Of a stretch of DNA of 31,863 bases, positions 11,197 through 19,603 are shown one piece after another. The notes below the pieces were generated by a model. The model was not told the DNA's origin and did no database searches. It was given only the letters and a program-made list of their open reading frames with translations. Source of the stretch: a virus; IMG/VR virus record IMGVR_UViG_3300031867_006616, positions 1-31,863 of that record; one strand, written 5' to 3'. How positions within the stretch are numbered: the stretch's first letter is position 1; the number at the start of each line of letters is the position of its first letter. The position numbers and the translations under genes are program-made.

Positions 11197-12294
11197 TTAT
11201 AATTCTTCAACATTCACATCAAATACTTGAACCAATTCCAACAACTTATCGATTTTTTGTTCGTTCCTTTCAAATTCTCTTCGTTGTTGATTTATTACTG
11301 AACTTTCGTGGTTTATAAGTACATTGTTCATTGCATTTATGTACTTATGTTTCAATTCTACTGGGTTCTTCTTCAAGTATGTTTCCCTTATCTTGCCTCT
11401 TGATCTTCCTTGAATGAAATCTATTTCCTCTTCAGATAAGGCATTTTCACCATTGCATAGTTGAGTTGCATTGAACTTTCTTAACATATGGCTACGAAAC
11501 TTGTTGTATTGCCCATTGACTTTACCAAGACATAGGACATCATTAATTCTACCCATCAATGTGTTCACATAGTTTGGGCTTACCTTAAACAACTTACTAT
11601 CGCAAGTGAGTTCCCTATTCTCATTCAATAGCATTTTGACTATTTCGTGAACTGCTTCGGCAGTACAAAAGGTATAGTAAAACTCATTCACTTTCTGCCT
11701 TTTCATACGAAAAGTTGGGATTATCATTTCCTCTGATGAGTAAATGCTTATCAACATTTCGTGGATAGATTTGTTTGGATCATACTTGCCAGTTGCCTCA
11801 AGGAATTGCCCTACTGTTAGGCTTAAGACTTCTGCTTTACCCATTCCACTACTGCATTGGAGTAGGATAAATGCTCTCATCATTAGACTACTGAAGTCCA
11901 ATGCCTCACGAATTATAGTCTTGGTGGGAATGTCCTCATAAGCGATTGGAGATTCTTTCCTAATGTTCTTTTCAGACAAGTATGGTAATGTTGGGAGTTC
12001 TATCTCAAAGTGTCTGTAAAAAGTCTTTACTTGATTGACTTTATTTACAATAGTATTCTTTGAGTCGGTTTCAATTATTGCAGTTCTGAAATCGACAAGT
12101 CTTGTTTTCAAGGTTCTTCTTTTGAGTCTGATACCTTGCTCTTCCTCATTGTCGGCTTCTTCTAATAATTGGTCTAATGTTAATCCATTAAATTCACAGT
12201 ATTGGCGAAGAGTTGCTTTGTACTGTTTAATGGTTGCTTGTGAGAGGTTTCTCTCATCTACAAATTGTTGGAAATATTTGCTTTCTTCTATCAT
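11197..12294 (-). CDS. int: Tyrosine recombinase/integrase
   Basis: N-terminal SAM-like core-binding region (LSQATIKQYKATLRQY), SSGMGKAEVLSL (box I region), FRSHMLRKF (HxxR), IDFIQGR...RETY (box II with catalytic Tyr). AGGTGA RBS. Confidence 0.88.
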   Translation of the reverse strand: MIEESKYFQQFVDERNLSQATIKQYKATLRQYCEFNGLTLDQLLEEADNEEEQGIRLKRRTLKTRLVDFRTAIIETDSKNTIVNKVNQVKTFYRHFEIELPTLPYLSEKNIRKESPIAYEDIPTKTIIREALDFSSLMMRAFILLQCSSGMGKAEVLSLTVGQFLEATGKYDPNKSIHEMLISIYSSEEMIIPTFRMKRQKVNEFYYTFCTAEAVHEIVKMLLNENRELTCDSKLFKVSPNYVNTLMGRINDVLCLGKVNGQYNKFRSHMLRKFNATQLCNGENALSEEEIDFIQGRSRGKIRETYLKKNPVELKHKYINAMNNVLINHESSVINQQRREFERNEQKIDKLLELVQVFDVNVEEL

Positions 12295-12313
12295 AACTTT
12301 TCACCTCTATGGG

Positions 12314-12393
12314 TTACTCTTTTTATAAGGTGTTATGATATATCGTGGGATTGTAATAATATCTACTACGATATATTCGCTTAAAAAGAGTAA
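12314..12393. repeat. Long imperfect inverted repeat upstream of the integrase
   Basis: TTACTCTTTTT (12314-12324) / AAAAAGAGTAA (12383-12393), with nested ATATATCGT (12338-12346) / ACGATATAT (12368-12376). Confidence 0.75.
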
Positions 12394-12423
12394 TCTGATA
12401 ATACTATTTATTATATTTTGTAG

Positions 12424-12431
12424 TATATAAA
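12424..12431 (-). promoter_or_regulatory. Candidate TATA box for the integrase
   Basis: Minus strand C-TTTATATA, in the intergenic region downstream of the late-operon terminator. Confidence 0.45.
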
Positions 12432-12478
12432 GATGATGTTATTACGAATAGTAGAAAAAGTATTACTTATTATTTAAT

Positions 12479-12516
12479 AAAAAAAATAAGCCAAACCAGT
12501 TATAATGGTTTGACTT
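12479..12516 (-). terminator. Terminator of the late (tail/lysis) operon
   Basis: Minus strand AAGUCAAACCA-UUAUAAC-UGGUUUGGCUU-A-U8, overlapping the lysin stop codon. The G-U pair favours the minus strand. Confidence 0.65.
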
Positions 12517-13186
12517 GGTAGAAATAGATTTGTCTGCCATTGGTGGCTTTGATTATTTGGTTTGCATTGCAAGTATGGTAACCTTTTGTTGGATCATAGA
12601 CTTTGAATTTGTAATCGCCAGTTACATTGTAGATTGAAATCCAATGACCAAAATTTGATTGGAAACCTAAACAAGTTGGTTTGGTGTTTCCTCCAGTTTC
12701 TATATGGGCTATTACTCCATATCCTTTGCTTATTGCACTTTTTACTGCATTGTAGGTTCGGTTTATTTTTTCTACTTTCATTCCAAGTTTTTCTGCTCCA
12801 CGAATTAGGTTAGATGGTGTTGTTCCATTCTTTGTAGTGTTACAAGCAGTTCTGCATTGTTTTTCGGTTTTGTAGGTTAGGATTTGTGTACTTGCATTTG
12901 CAAGACTTGTTGAACCACAAGTCCAACCATTTGGTTGCTCTTGTCCTACGAAAGCAGTTGGGCTATCGTATAGGTATGTGCAGTAATTTGGGAGTCTTGA
13001 ATGGTGTATGAAGAATTTTGCTTGGTTATCGAATAATCCACAATATGCTTTTTGTTTCATTGTGTAGGTTTTACCATTCATTGCTTTCATTTTGAGTTGG
13101 CTTGGTTGCCCTTTTCCTTGCTTTACACTTGCTTTTACTGTTTTCATTGCTTTTTGCATTTCGGTTTTATCAAATCGTATTGTCAT
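12500..13186 (-). CDS. Lysin: C39-family cysteine peptidase, PeiR-like pseudomurein endoisopeptidase candidate
   Basis: Catalytic pattern GQEQPNGWTCGSTS (Q...C), GHWISI (H), VYDP (D). The N-terminal region ending ...HSRLPNY resembles a pseudomurein-binding repeat. Last gene of the late operon. Confidence 0.75.
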   Translation of the reverse strand: MTIRFDKTEMQKAMKTVKASVKQGKGQPSQLKMKAMNGKTYTMKQKAYCGLFDNQAKFFIHHSRLPNYCTYLYDSPTAFVGQEQPNGWTCGSTSLANASTQILTYKTEKQCRTACNTTKNGTTPSNLIRGAEKLGMKVEKINRTYNAVKSAISKGYGVIAHIETGGNTKPTCLGFQSNFGHWISIYNVTGDYKFKVYDPTKGYHTCNANQIIKATNGRQIYFYQVKPL

Positions 13187-13204
13187 ATGTTTTTATCTCC
13201 TTTT

Positions 13205-13804
13205 TTAGTAATGCCACATTACTGTTCCAATTACGGTTCTTTCGCTCGACCATCCTATACTAAATTTCCCACCGATTGCACCTACAACATCTACATATAT
13301 TGAACCTACATGATTGAAACTTCCTTGCACTTGGCTTGATGGTTGGTAAGTGTAAGGTATTGCAGAACTATGCCATTCATAAAAAGTATCGGCACTTGCA
13401 CTTGAAAATTTTCGTGTGTATCGGAGTTCGCAAGTTCTTGTTTCCTTGTTTACATAGAGTGTTCCATATGTTCCACCACTATTCAATGCTACTGTTTCCC
13501 AACCCCTTGCATTGATGATTATTGTTGCATTTTCTACACGAAATTGGTTTATCCCATATTCAAGGTTGCCCACAGTCCAAGTCGCTATTCCATTTGCATT
13601 TGTGGTCGCAGTTCCTTGTATACTGTTTTTGTAGTAGAGTGTTAATTCTTTGTTGGCTACTGGGTTTCCAAATATGTTTGTTACTGTACAAGTCAATGTG
13701 ATGTTTGTTTGGGTCGGTGTAGTATTATAATGTGAACTGGTAAGTTCATAACGATAGTATGCCTTGCCCAGTAGGTCTTTTAGTGCTACTTTGAATTTCA
13801 CCAT
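13205..13804 (-). CDS. Tail fibre/receptor-binding-like protein (Ig-like domain plus beta-rich C-terminal domain)
   Basis: ITLTCTVTNIFGNPVANKELTLY...TATTNANGIAT is a Big_1-like Ig motif. The C-terminal ~100 aa are paralogous to the next gene and end in WHY. Confidence 0.55.
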   Translation of the reverse strand: MVKFKVALKDLLGKAYYRYELTSSHYNTTPTQTNITLTCTVTNIFGNPVANKELTLYYKNSIQGTATTNANGIATWTVGNLEYGINQFRVENATIIINARGWETVALNSGGTYGTLYVNKETRTCELRYTRKFSSASADTFYEWHSSAIPYTYQPSSQVQGSFNHVGSIYVDVVGAIGGKFSIGWSSERTVIGTVMWHY

Positions 13805-13816
13805 AAGTTATCACCT

Positions 13817-14233
13817 TTAATAATGCCATACTGCACTTAAATTGATAGTTTTTGAACCAGTAGATGATGTTTGAACAGTTAGATTCCCATTTGCAAGTAT
13901 TCCACCTATGAGAGTTACATTGTATGCAGTTAATAAAGTTGGTATTGGTGGTCTGTAATCACTTGGAATATGCCCACTATGTAGGGTGATTTCACTTGTA
14001 GATGAGAAACTGTAACCAGTACGATAGTATCTGTAATGGCACATTCTGATGTCTTCATTTACATACAGAGTAGCATAACTTGTTCCATTGGTACAATCAA
14101 CAGTTTTCCAACTATTAGGTTTCCCAATACTTGATATTGCATTTGCTATTTCACCATCGACTTCTGTTTTTGTATAGAACCATTGGCTACACAATGTTTT
14201 GAGATTAGTATACAAATCAGATAGTGTACTCAT
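13817..14233 (-). CDS. Short tail fibre-like protein
   Basis: N-terminus LSDLYTNLKTLCSQWFYTKTEVD is shared with 14234-15115. The C-terminal domain is shared with 13205-13804. Confidence 0.55.
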   Translation of the reverse strand: MSTLSDLYTNLKTLCSQWFYTKTEVDGEIANAISSIGKPNSWKTVDCTNGTSYATLYVNEDIRMCHYRYYRTGYSFSSTSEITLHSGHIPSDYRPPIPTLLTAYNVTLIGGILANGNLTVQTSSTGSKTINLSAVWHY

Positions 14234-15115
14234 CTAACTGCTCCCATATGTGATTAATTGTTGAACAAGTGCATCCATCACATTGATTGTAGTATCAACA
14301 ATGACTTCATTGCTACTGTTAGTTACTACCATATTCCCACCACTTGTACCAGTAGTGGTTATTTTCCCATCATTGGATAAGTTATTATGGTTATGGCTTG
14401 ATGGTGGATAAGTTGATGGTTTGCTTGTAATATCAGACCAATCTACTGACAATCCACTTCCACTAACTTCACCAAACTTCTCCCAACTGTATGTTGAGCC
14501 ATCTTTGACTGTTACATATTCTGCATAATTGTTAGTTCCACTACCACTTATCGGCACAAGATAAATCTTGCCCATAGTTGAAGATGATGCAGTAGGTAAA
14601 GTCTGCACAACAGTAACAAAGTTAATGTCTACCAATTCACCAAGTTTTGTATTGATTGCACCATTAATAGATTCTTGAGTTTGAGCAGTATTCCCAATGT
14701 TACTGTAAGTGTTACTGTCTGTAATGGTACTACTTGCTTGGTTATGTGCAGTCGGAGTTCTTGCATCAGATAATCTGCTATCATTCCCTTGACAGAAAGT
14801 ATTCGCATCAGTACCAAAATTTCCAGTAGTAATTGCACCATTAGTAGTTGTAATCAAAGGTTTATTCGCAGTAGACCCAATTTGCCCACTTGTATTGATA
14901 TTACCTATTTTCTGTTTGCTTGTTATTACACCACCAGTTGTAGTATAAACAAAATAATTTGCAGTAGAACCTACTTTCCCATCACTTGTTAAATTTCCAT
15001 GTGAATGTGTACTGTCTGCTTTTCCATTTAAACTTGTATCCATTTGTGTTTTTGTATAAAACCATTGCTCACAAAGAGTCTTTAAATGTGTATATAAATC
15101 GCTTAAACTTGCCAT
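14234..15115 (-). CDS. Tail fibre-like protein
   Basis: YTKTQMD motif, HSHGNLTSDGK/HNHNNLSNDGK repeats, and VVQTLPTASSSTMGKIYLVP...YAEYV...WEKFG and VDWSDITSKPSTYPPSSHNH segments typical of phage fibres. Confidence 0.65.
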   Translation of the reverse strand: MASLSDLYTHLKTLCEQWFYTKTQMDTSLNGKADSTHSHGNLTSDGKVGSTANYFVYTTTGGVITSKQKIGNINTSGQIGSTANKPLITTTNGAITTGNFGTDANTFCQGNDSRLSDARTPTAHNQASSTITDSNTYSNIGNTAQTQESINGAINTKLGELVDINFVTVVQTLPTASSSTMGKIYLVPISGSGTNNYAEYVTVKDGSTYSWEKFGEVSGSGLSVDWSDITSKPSTYPPSSHNHNNLSNDGKITTTGTSGGNMVVTNSSNEVIVDTTINVMDALVQQLITYGSS

Positions 15116-15116
15116 A

Positions 15117-16169
15117 TTATAAATCTCCCCTACCAGTCATCGCTTGTATTAAATTATCCAGTTCTCTTAAAAAAATACTTGTACTATCTTGTGATGACAA
15201 ATCATTCTCATAATCATCCCAAGTCATATAATTTCCACTTGTTATCTTGCTATCAATCGCAAGATTGATTTCGTGTTGTGTAGCATTTTCACTTGTTTCC
15301 AAATTGGTTAATGCAGATGATTCTGTAATCATACCAGTCTGATGAGATGATGGATGAACATAATAATTCGCATTATTCTCAATACCACTTAACTTTGTCT
15401 TTTCAGTCAAAGTGTAATCATTACTTGATAATCCCTTACCAGTTTCAGTATTAACTTTCAAGTCAAGTTTTGCATCAATCTCTGATTTGGTGTATGTATC
15501 AACATCACCACCACTATGATCCATTCCCTTACCAGTAGCATCACCACCGATTTGGAGTACAAGGTCATCATCCTCTCTCCAAAAATCAACATAAGGCTCA
15601 AGTCGGTTGATTACACTATCAGATTGTTGCAATAATTTGTTCTGATATTTGAACTTGACATTAACATTGCTTAATTTTATAGTTGCATTTGATTTATTGC
15701 CATTAAAGTTAATGCCTACCTTAAATCCTTGCTCACTTATTGCATTATTTACAACATTACTACTAAAATTGAATAATGAACAGTCTACCTCTATATGCCC
15801 TTGTGTAGTTATGATGTTTTCAACCAACATATAATTAGTCATACCCATACAAGTCAAACTAAAATTAGACAATATAGGATAATTAACACTAACATTACTA
15901 ACCTCATAATCAAATTCAACAATAACATTAACAATATCCTTTTGCAACAACCTAACCAAAGCAGATGAAACAAAAATAATACTATCTTGCTCTGCAAGGT
16001 TCAACTTCACAAACTTATCATTCTGCTTAAACCAATTATTACCAACAAAATCAGTAGCAGAAAAAACATAGGGATTATCGGCAAGGTTCTCATCATCCAA
16101 AACCAAACCAACCCTATCCTCTAATGTAAGGTCAATATCTCTTCTTTGTGCTTGATCCATATCCATCAT
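15117..16169 (-). CDS. Tail fibre/baseplate-associated protein
   Basis: TYTKSEIDAKL, KVNTETGKGLSSNDYTLTEKTKLSGIENNAN and YVHPSSH motifs are common in phage fibre stems. Confidence 0.6.
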   Translation of the reverse strand: MMDMDQAQRRDIDLTLEDRVGLVLDDENLADNPYVFSATDFVGNNWFKQNDKFVKLNLAEQDSIIFVSSALVRLLQKDIVNVIVEFDYEVSNVSVNYPILSNFSLTCMGMTNYMLVENIITTQGHIEVDCSLFNFSSNVVNNAISEQGFKVGINFNGNKSNATIKLSNVNVKFKYQNKLLQQSDSVINRLEPYVDFWREDDDLVLQIGGDATGKGMDHSGGDVDTYTKSEIDAKLDLKVNTETGKGLSSNDYTLTEKTKLSGIENNANYYVHPSSHQTGMITESSALTNLETSENATQHEINLAIDSKITSGNYMTWDDYENDLSSQDSTSIFLRELDNLIQAMTGRGDL

Positions 16170-17899
16170 ATACTATCAACCCATACATTATCTATCGCTT
16201 CTTCAGTCATCTTATCATTATACATTACAGTTTCAGACAAGTCAAGTGGCTCACGAACCAGTTTTTTCCTTTGTTGAGCCAAATTGTTTTTAACTTTCAT
16301 ATTCGCATCTATATCTCCAAGACCATATTCTGTCTGCACCATAGGTCTGTCAGTTACATCAATGTTTATCTTCCTACTTGCAACTTGATAAGTATTAGTC
16401 AGTAATGGATTAATGGTTTTTGTTTCAACCCAATCATTAATGTTTACTGGTGGCAAACCAACTGCCTTAACAGTAAAAGTAGTCAATGGCTTGAAATATT
16501 TTTGCAAGGCATCGTGAGAATACTGGGTAGCCTCACTATAACTGCTATTCTTTTGCATATTCTCTATATGTGTTTGCTCACCATATCTTAATATCTCACC
16601 AAGTTTCCCTTTTCTTGTGTAACGATAATGTGTTCCAGTATAATCCTCTACATCTAATGATTTGTATACTGTCAAACAATCATTCACCAAATCCTTTGTA
16701 GGTGAATACTTGACATTTGATATTCCAATAATATCTCCATCAAAACCCTCATTGAAGATATGGGCAATGTTCTCTTCACTATTCGTATGTTGAGTAAAAT
16801 TGATATAATCATCCTTACGATATTCACCATACTTGATTTGGAACTCATATTCGCTTTTTTCAAGTATACTCTTGACACCATCAAGGATAGTCTTACCATT
16901 AACACCAAGATTGGTAGGGTTAATCACTTCACCATTGAAAACACCTAAATCATACAATAACATCTTATAACTTGATTTGTCTTTTGTGCTATCATACAAT
17001 AAGTTTTCCTTTTCCTCTGTATCCTTATCATCAAGTACATCCTTGAAATCCCTTAAGAAAGTAACCCTTTTCAGATAGTATTTCGTATCACCAGTCTGTG
17101 GGTAATCTCCCTCTGCCGATTTAATCTTGGAAAGCAAATCAACTTCCCAAACATACCGATTATTCGCTTTCCATTGTGGAGCAGAATCATTACTGAACTT
17201 CTTCTCATCAGTACCTTGAGCCTCTGAATCCCAATCAATAAGAATATGTTTCTCTTTACCATCTCTTGATCCAATCGAATAATCAACTCTCAAGTAAGCC
17301 TCAAAAGGTTTCTGCTCATCAAATCCATGTGTGATTTCGTGCTTTGTAGTGGTAGTTTGAACATTGGATTGCCCTAAATCCTCAAAACCACTACCTTGAA
17401 AATCTTGAGTCTTAATAAGGTTCACTATTTCGGCAGTAGTGCCACCTTGTATCCAAGTAACACCATTCTTTTGCAAGTAAGTCTTTGGATTAGGTATGCC
17501 AGTAAATGATTTAGGTGAAAAATTATCATCCCAAGCACGAGGCAACTTGCTAATAGTGTTAAGATTAGAAGCCCTACCTTCTGGAGAGTTCACGAAAATA
17601 AAGAAGAGATGTGCTTTCTTCAATTGGTCGTTCTTAAACCAATTACCAAAACCTTGATAACCAGTCATATCTGCAATACTTCCACCACAAACACCACCGA
17701 AGATACAAACCCATACATCATTCTTGCCAGTACAACCTTTCTTTTTGGGTTTAGAGTGAATGTCAGAGCCGACTCCACAATTTACTGCCTTATGCCCCAA
17801 TGATTCAAAGGCTTTCATCACTTTTTTAATCCTTTTTTCATCTTTAGAACTGTTTTGGATTACATCTGAATTTACATAAAAAGTATATGTCTTTGCCAT
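16166..17899 (-). CDS. Virion structural protein: methanogen surface-protein-like N-terminal domain plus C-terminal half of a baseplate-hub (Tal/gp27-like) fold
   Basis: N-terminal YVNSDVI..D.KRI...F..LGH.AVNCGVG...H...CIFGGVCGG resembles a domain seen in Methanobacteriales wall-associated proteins. C-terminal ...RYGE...TFTVKAVGLPPVNINDWVETK...YQVASRKINI pattern. Confidence 0.45.
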   Translation of the reverse strand: MAKTYTFYVNSDVIQNSSKDEKRIKKVMKAFESLGHKAVNCGVGSDIHSKPKKKGCTGKNDVWVCIFGGVCGGSIADMTGYQGFGNWFKNDQLKKAHLFFIFVNSPEGRASNLNTISKLPRAWDDNFSPKSFTGIPNPKTYLQKNGVTWIQGGTTAEIVNLIKTQDFQGSGFEDLGQSNVQTTTTKHEITHGFDEQKPFEAYLRVDYSIGSRDGKEKHILIDWDSEAQGTDEKKFSNDSAPQWKANNRYVWEVDLLSKIKSAEGDYPQTGDTKYYLKRVTFLRDFKDVLDDKDTEEKENLLYDSTKDKSSYKMLLYDLGVFNGEVINPTNLGVNGKTILDGVKSILEKSEYEFQIKYGEYRKDDYINFTQHTNSEENIAHIFNEGFDGDIIGISNVKYSPTKDLVNDCLTVYKSLDVEDYTGTHYRYTRKGKLGEILRYGEQTHIENMQKNSSYSEATQYSHDALQKYFKPLTTFTVKAVGLPPVNINDWVETKTINPLLTNTYQVASRKINIDVTDRPMVQTEYGLGDIDANMKVKNNLAQQRKKLVREPLDLSETVMYNDKMTEEAIDNVWVDSI

Positions 17900-17911
17900 A
17901 TCATATCACCT

Positions 17912-19603
17912 TTAAAATGGTTTCTTCGGATAATTGCTTGACTCATAAGGGCTACCATACTTTGAAATGTAATGATGCCAACCTCTTGACTCAATCTGTG
18001 TTGATGGGTCTACATAGAAACCATTCACCTTTGCGAACACATGACCTCCTCTACTGTTATGTGAGTGCATATATTTCAAATCGGTTATTCCTTTTGCATT
18101 TAAAAGGTTAAGCATAACCTCTGTCTTGCAACAACAATTTCCTCTTTTACGATTCCAAGTTGTTTCTGCACTTTGGTAGAACCCCCTTTTGTATTCGTGT
18201 GGGAAGTTTACTGCTACATATTTCCATATTGGTTTGATACAAGCATCTCCAGTTGCTTTGGTTATCTTGTTTGCTCTTGCTAACCAAGTCTTTTGTTTTT
18301 CGCTTGTTGCAGACTCTACTGTAACTGATTCCGTAGTTTCGTAGACTTCAGTCCATAAGTGTGTTCCCATTCCATAAGTGAAATAAAGGTTTGGGTAATC
18401 GTTCAAGCATACATTTCTGCTCTTGTTGTTATAGATGACTACCTTTTGCCCTTTTAATGTGTCTGCACCATTACGAAGTGTCATACTTTTCTTATTTACA
18501 GTAGCACTTGCATTTTCAGTAGTCAGTTTTTCTGTTGCACCTTTCTTATATGTTGCTAATCTCCAATTGTTCCTTGCCACTAATGGGTCGTGTAGGGTTA
18601 CATTTGTTTGTAGTGGGAGTTCAGTAGACTTTAAAAGGTATTTCAATGCTCCACTATAATAGTTGTAGTTTTTTAGGTAGTCTACACCATAGTCATAGTT
18701 GATTCCCTCTTCGGTGATTTTTTCTTTCAAGTTCACTTCTGATAGGTTGTATCTTCTGTCAAGATCTATGAGTCTGTCTGCACATTCCAATGTTATCCTT
18801 GTTAAGTCATCATCGACTTCGGCAGTTGAAATGTAGCCACCGAAAACTCTCTGTGGAACTCCCTCTGTATCAGTAACTGTAAGGTTAATCTCATCACGAT
18901 AATCGAACACTAACCCACTACGATTAGCATTTGGATCAGTAGGCAACAATTTCTCATCAAGTTCGTGATGGTACATAAATTCGGCAGACATAGTGTTTAT
19001 GCCAAATTCATTACTATGCTCTACTGTTGCCTTTATCATAGTCAAGATGTCATCCTTGTTATTATGCCTTTTGGCTTCGTAAATGTCAAACTTCTTAACA
19101 GATAATCCTATGAATACTGAATTGGATACCAACCTATACTCTATTTCCCTTGTGCCTTTATCCAAATGAACATACTGATGATGTCTGTTGAAGTTCACAT
19201 CATTACTGTTCCAAAAACTACCTTTTGATGTAGGTTGCTTTACACCATCAATGTAGATTTCTGCATTAGACTTCAAACTTGTATCCTTTTTCTTTTTAGT
19301 TGGTGTCAAGTAAGTGTTAGCGAAAAGGAACTCCAAACGATAATTATCGCTTGTCTGTTTCGCATCATACTTGAACTTCAAGATAAGCCTATCCTTATTC
19401 TTGGATTTTATGACTTTCATACCTCTCCAATTCTTCTCAACACCATTCTCATAATTCAAACCACCTTTAAATGCAGAGTATTGTTGCTCTTGTGTCTTGT
19501 CAAAGGAAAAGATTTGACAAGTGAAATCATCCTTATCATATCTAATCCTATGAGTTTTATTGGCATCGAAGTTTCTTGTGATGTGTCTACTGAAATATGC
19601 CAC
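17912..19603 (-). CDS. Baseplate-hub-like protein with C-terminal transglutaminase-like cysteine peptidase (PeiW/PeiP-type fold)
   Basis: RVFGGYISTAEVDDDLTRITLECADRL resembles a hub N-terminal barrel. C-terminal RGNCCCKTEVM...GGHVFAKVNGFYVDP supplies a Cys-His-Asp triad. Confidence 0.6.
   Translation of the reverse strand: MAYFSRHITRNFDANKTHRIRYDKDDFTCQIFSFDKTQEQQYSAFKGGLNYENGVEKNWRGMKVIKSKNKDRLILKFKYDAKQTSDNYRLEFLFANTYLTPTKKKKDTSLKSNAEIYIDGVKQPTSKGSFWNSNDVNFNRHHQYVHLDKGTREIEYRLVSNSVFIGLSVKKFDIYEAKRHNNKDDILTMIKATVEHSNEFGINTMSAEFMYHHELDEKLLPTDPNANRSGLVFDYRDEINLTVTDTEGVPQRVFGGYISTAEVDDDLTRITLECADRLIDLDRRYNLSEVNLKEKITEEGINYDYGVDYLKNYNYYSGALKYLLKSTELPLQTNVTLHDPLVARNNWRLATYKKGATEKLTTENASATVNKKSMTLRNGADTLKGQKVVIYNNKSRNVCLNDYPNLYFTYGMGTHLWTEVYETTESVTVESATSEKQKTWLARANKITKATGDACIKPIWKYVAVNFPHEYKRGFYQSAETTWNRKRGNCCCKTEVMLNLLNAKGITDLKYMHSHNSRGGHVFAKVNGFYVDPSTQIESRGWHHYISKYGSPYESSNYPKKPF

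Noticed and set aside
13205-14233. Diversity-generating retroelement or shufflon acting on the paralogous fibre C-termini
   Set aside because: There is no reverse transcriptase, no near-identical TR/VR pair with adenine-specific differences, and no inverted crossover sites. The similarity is old and at protein level.
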